DNA of 64,000 nt from Arenicellales bacterium (lineage in GTDB: Bacteria; Pseudomonadota; Gammaproteobacteria; Arenicellales; JAJDZL01), in assembly GCA_951813075.1 (NCBI GenBank), contig OX638343.1:1335999-1399998 (forward strand), read 5' to 3'. Made by a program: the position numbers and the translations under genes. Shown piece by piece: positions 61,839 through 64,000 of the stretch; the first letter of the stretch is position 1; each line of letters opens with the position of its first letter. Under the pieces are notes generated by a model, which searched no databases, was not told the origin of the DNA, and worked only from the letters and a program-made list of their open reading frames with translations.

Positions 61839-62123
61839 CTACTCCGTGCTTTGCGAAACGACTGTACTGAGGGGATTGGTACCAGTTTCAAATTTCGAGG
61901 AATCCGCGGATTTTCCACTTTTTTTCCCTCGCATAACGACCATCCGTTCATGCAAATATGCAATCCGGCTACTACCGGTTGATACGAAGAGGCCCGGCGC
62001 AAAAGCGTGAATTGCGCAGGCGATCGCGCCAGTCAGCATGTGCCCGGCGAACGACAAAGCATTACCCATGTGGTCAAAATATGTTTCGTTCACGTCGTCA
62101 AGATGTTGAGACCATCGATTCAT
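61839..62123 (-). CDS. small hypothetical membrane protein (resembles the family I recall being labelled DUF6356)
   Basis: MNRWSQHLDDVNETYFDHMGNALSFAGHMLTGAIACAIHAFAPGLFVSTGSSRIAYLHERM... The family label is from memory and unverified. The longest ORF starts at 62150. Confidence 0.45.
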   Translation of the reverse strand: MNRWSQHLDDVNETYFDHMGNALSFAGHMLTGAIACAIHAFAPGLFVSTGSSRIAYLHERMVVMRGKKSGKSADSSKFETGTNPLSTVVSQSTE

Positions 62124-62511
62124 TGCATCAGTCCGATTTGAAGTAATCAATATAGGAATATAATAACGAATAAATATTGTAATTACAAACCATTCTTACA
62201 TCTATATGTACGATAAGTAAAATATTATTGCATATTTGTCAATAATATTAGAAATAGTTAGTCATTCACTTCAACTAAAAAAATTATCTGTCAAATAGCG
62301 GTGAGGGATGCTTTCGAATTCCGTGCTACCCGTATTGTTTTAACTGATGGGATTGAAGCCGGATTCAATTGAAGAACTCGGCTTGCATTGTCTGTTGTTT
62401 CAGCAACAGAACAGTCGGGGTTCCTGCTCCAGTGCCAAATTTGCTCACAATTATTGAGAACGAACTAACGCAAGACAGCTATCTGTCCATGTGAGAAAAT
62501 TTATTATCCTT

Positions 62512-62581
62512 TTCGTTGAATTCGTATTGGTACAATAGATCCAAACACCATCAACCCTTTCAATTGTTATGCCCGAAACAG
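62512..62581 (+). repeat. copy B of the direct repeat (functional yggX upstream region and start)
   Basis: See copy A. This copy contains an extended -10-like TGgTACAAT (62528-62536) and the real yggX ATG at 62569. Confidence 0.8.
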
Positions 62582-62838
62582 TAAAGTGCCTGCTTCTTGG
62601 CGAGGAACTGCCAGCAATGGCAATGCCTCCCCTTCCAGGCGAACTGGGTGAAAAGATTCAAACCCAAATTTCGCAGAAAGCGTGGCAGTTGTGGTTGGAA
62701 CATCAAACCATGCTGATCAATGAAAAACGACTCAGTATGGGTAAACCTGATCACCGAAAATATCTTATGGAACAGATGGAGAAGTATCTTTTCGGTGGCG
62801 ATTTTGATAAACCTGCTGGTTATGTTCCGCCTTCGTAA
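62569..62838 (+). CDS. yggX: Fe(2+)-trafficking / oxidative-damage protection protein
   Basis: 89 aa. PGELGEKIQTQISQKAWQLWLEHQTMLINEKRLSM is colinear with E. coli YggX. Confidence 0.87.
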   Translation: MPETVKCLLLGEELPAMAMPPLPGELGEKIQTQISQKAWQLWLEHQTMLINEKRLSMGKPDHRKYLMEQMEKYLFGGDFDKPAGYVPPS

Positions 62839-62874
62839 TTCAAGTGGAATTCTTCGACTACTGATGTAGCACTA

Positions 62875-62903
62875 TTGCCATTCCCCCGACTTCAATCTAT
62901 AAT
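62875..62903 (+). promoter_or_regulatory. sigma70-type promoter candidate upstream of tRNA-Phe
   Basis: TTGCCA (62875-62880), a 17-nt spacer, then TATAAT (62898-62903). It lies about 117 nt upstream of the tRNA 5' end. Confidence 0.4.
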
Positions 62904-63019
62904 TTTGCGGGTTCATTTCATTGTTCAGATGCAATTCTTAGCACTGCGTTTTTGCGGTAAATCAAAGGGCAACCCATAACAGTATTTCCAGCCGGAAATT
63001 GCCTTTTGTCTCTGATTCT

Positions 63020-63092
63020 GGCCAGGTAGCTCAGTCGGTAGAGCTGGGGACTGAAAATCCCCGAGTCGGCAGTTCGATTCTGTCCCTGGCCA
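63020..63092 (+). tRNA. tRNA-Phe (anticodon GAA)
   Basis: Hand-folded cloverleaf. Acceptor stem GGCCAGG/CCTGGCC; D arm GCTC-AGTCGGTA-GAGC; anticodon arm GGGGA-CTGAAAA-TCCCC; T arm GGCAG-TTCGATT-CTGTC; discriminator A. It is near-identical in layout to E. coli tRNA-Phe. The CCA end is not fully encoded (ACCT). Confidence 0.92.
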
Positions 63093-63228
63093 CCTGATTT
63101 TCAATTCGGTTGTTGATTTAGGTCGTCTATTCCATGAACACTTGGAATGCAACCATCCATAAGTGCAGTCGATCAATCACTAGCAAGAAGAAAAAGTTTC
63201 TACTTCAGAATATTTTCGATTCCTACGA

Positions 63229-64000
63229 GTGTATTTGAACCTGTTCAGCTGCCGGAATAGGAAATATCGAAAAAACTACGTCGACCCATGGTCCGGCTAC
63301 TCGCTGAACGTGCTCGGTGATGTGAACCTGGAGTTGCCGATTGACTTCAATGTGGTACCGACCTGTGATATTGAGAACACGCACTGTGAGGCACCGCTGG
63401 ATACGTTCGTTGATTCGGACCTGGGCGGTCGGTGCGAGACCTTTGTGGCCGACCGCGGTCTGGACAACGACGGGATTCGCAGGAAACTGCATGACAGGGA
63501 CATTCTGGCGCTGATTGACACCCGCAATCTGTGGCAGGAGGACCATCTTGATGCGGACCAGCTCAAGGCGCCGACGCGGCCGTTGCATTCGAATGTGTAC
63601 GACACGATGCTGCGTACCGAGTGCGGTGATCTTTATTGCCGCTGTCCTGAAATCGGCCGTATTCGGCTGATGCATTATCAGGGTCATGAGCAACAAAGAG
63701 GCACCTTGAAGTGGGTGTGTCCGGTGGCGGCCTTCGAGTTTGACTGTCAGGGCCGGGCCGAGTGCTATCGTCTGGGCCGGGTCAGAGCCGACGCCAGGTC
63801 CAGGTAGTGCGCACCAAAGTGGATAATCTTCGCCAGCGCCCGTCACTGTCGCCTTTGAGTCTGAAGTGGGCGCTTCTTTACCGCCAAAGAAGTGCGATGG
63901 AGCGAATCAATTCCAGAGTGGCCGATGGATTCATGCTGCACAGCCATTATCTGCGCGGCAGAAAGTCAATGGCACTAAAGATCACCATCTCGATGACGGT
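63229..64000 (+). mobile_element. 5'-truncated, frameshifted IS4/IS5-superfamily DDE transposase remnant (continues past window end)
   Basis: GYSLNVLGDVNLELPIDFNVVPT... and FVADRGLDNDGIRRKL (DDE aspartates). The frame ends at TAG 63805-63807. Reading continues in another frame from 63807 (VRTKVDNLRQRP...LLYRQRSAMERINSRVADGF), which carries a Y-x2-R-x3-E motif. There is no N-terminal domain. G+C is 72/120 in 63361-63480, versus about 42% in nearby backbone. Confidence 0.65.

Noticed and set aside
62925-63176. 83-aa minus-strand ORF.
   Set aside because: It runs straight through tRNA-Phe; its sequence WPGTESNCRLGDFQSPALPTELPGQ is simply the tRNA read in reverse.
63223-63846. 207-aa minus-strand ORF.
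   Set aside because: It is the antisense shadow of the GC-rich transposase remnant. The plus strand carries the DDE and Y-x2-R-x3-E motifs.
1-64000. CRISPR arrays, rRNA, tmRNA, RNase P RNA, prophage or known defence-system genes.
   Set aside because: By eye I found no regularly spaced repeats, no conserved RNA signatures (e.g. the GAGGAAAGTCC of RNase P) and no nuclease/helicase/ATPase defence-like cassettes. This was not an exhaustive computational scan.

Overview
This 64-kb window looks like a moderately AT-rich gammaproteobacterial chromosome; hand counts of backbone stretches give about 42-48% G+C. All calls come from my own reading of the translated ORFs and the raw sequence, because no database search was possible. 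Most of the window is housekeeping, and gene order resembles Pseudomonas-like genomes: grxC, coaBC-dut, rpmB-rpmG, infA, hemJ, trmL, gloA, moeB/moaC/moeA, moaD-moaE, tkt-gap-pgk-pyk-fba, algH-ruvX-pyrR-pyrB-pyrC', proC-yggT, ampG, xthA, mutY-yggX and tRNA-Phe. Three accessory parts stand out. (1) 18.3-27.6 kb: an operon encoding homologues of yeast URC1 (a GTP-cyclohydrolase-II-like protein), URC4 (DUF1688) and uracil phosphoribosyltransferase. It is followed by a BMP-type ABC importer and a cytosine deaminase. Together these form a candidate bacterial URC-type pyrimidine degradation locus. (2) 28.1-39.5 kb: an RpiR-linked 10-gene operon with no kinase. It encodes a beta-hydroxyacid dehydrogenase, a Tat-signal Liv-type binding protein, two permeases, three ATPase subunits (two of them atypical), two SDRs and a second transketolase. 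I read it as a candidate kinase-independent, transketolase-based route for an anionic sugar derivative. Loci (1) and (2) are separated only by a decayed etfA relic. (3) Small insertions: a 0.86-kb islet between mutY and yggX bounded by an imperfect direct repeat of the junction, and a GC-rich truncated IS transposase just downstream of tRNA-Phe at the window end. A DUF547 / GT2 / GT-C membrane glycosylation trio (10.9-14.1 kb) and a 746-bp ORF-free gap with a thrice-repeated 9-mer are also unexplained. I saw no CRISPR array, rRNA, prophage or recognisable defence genes.
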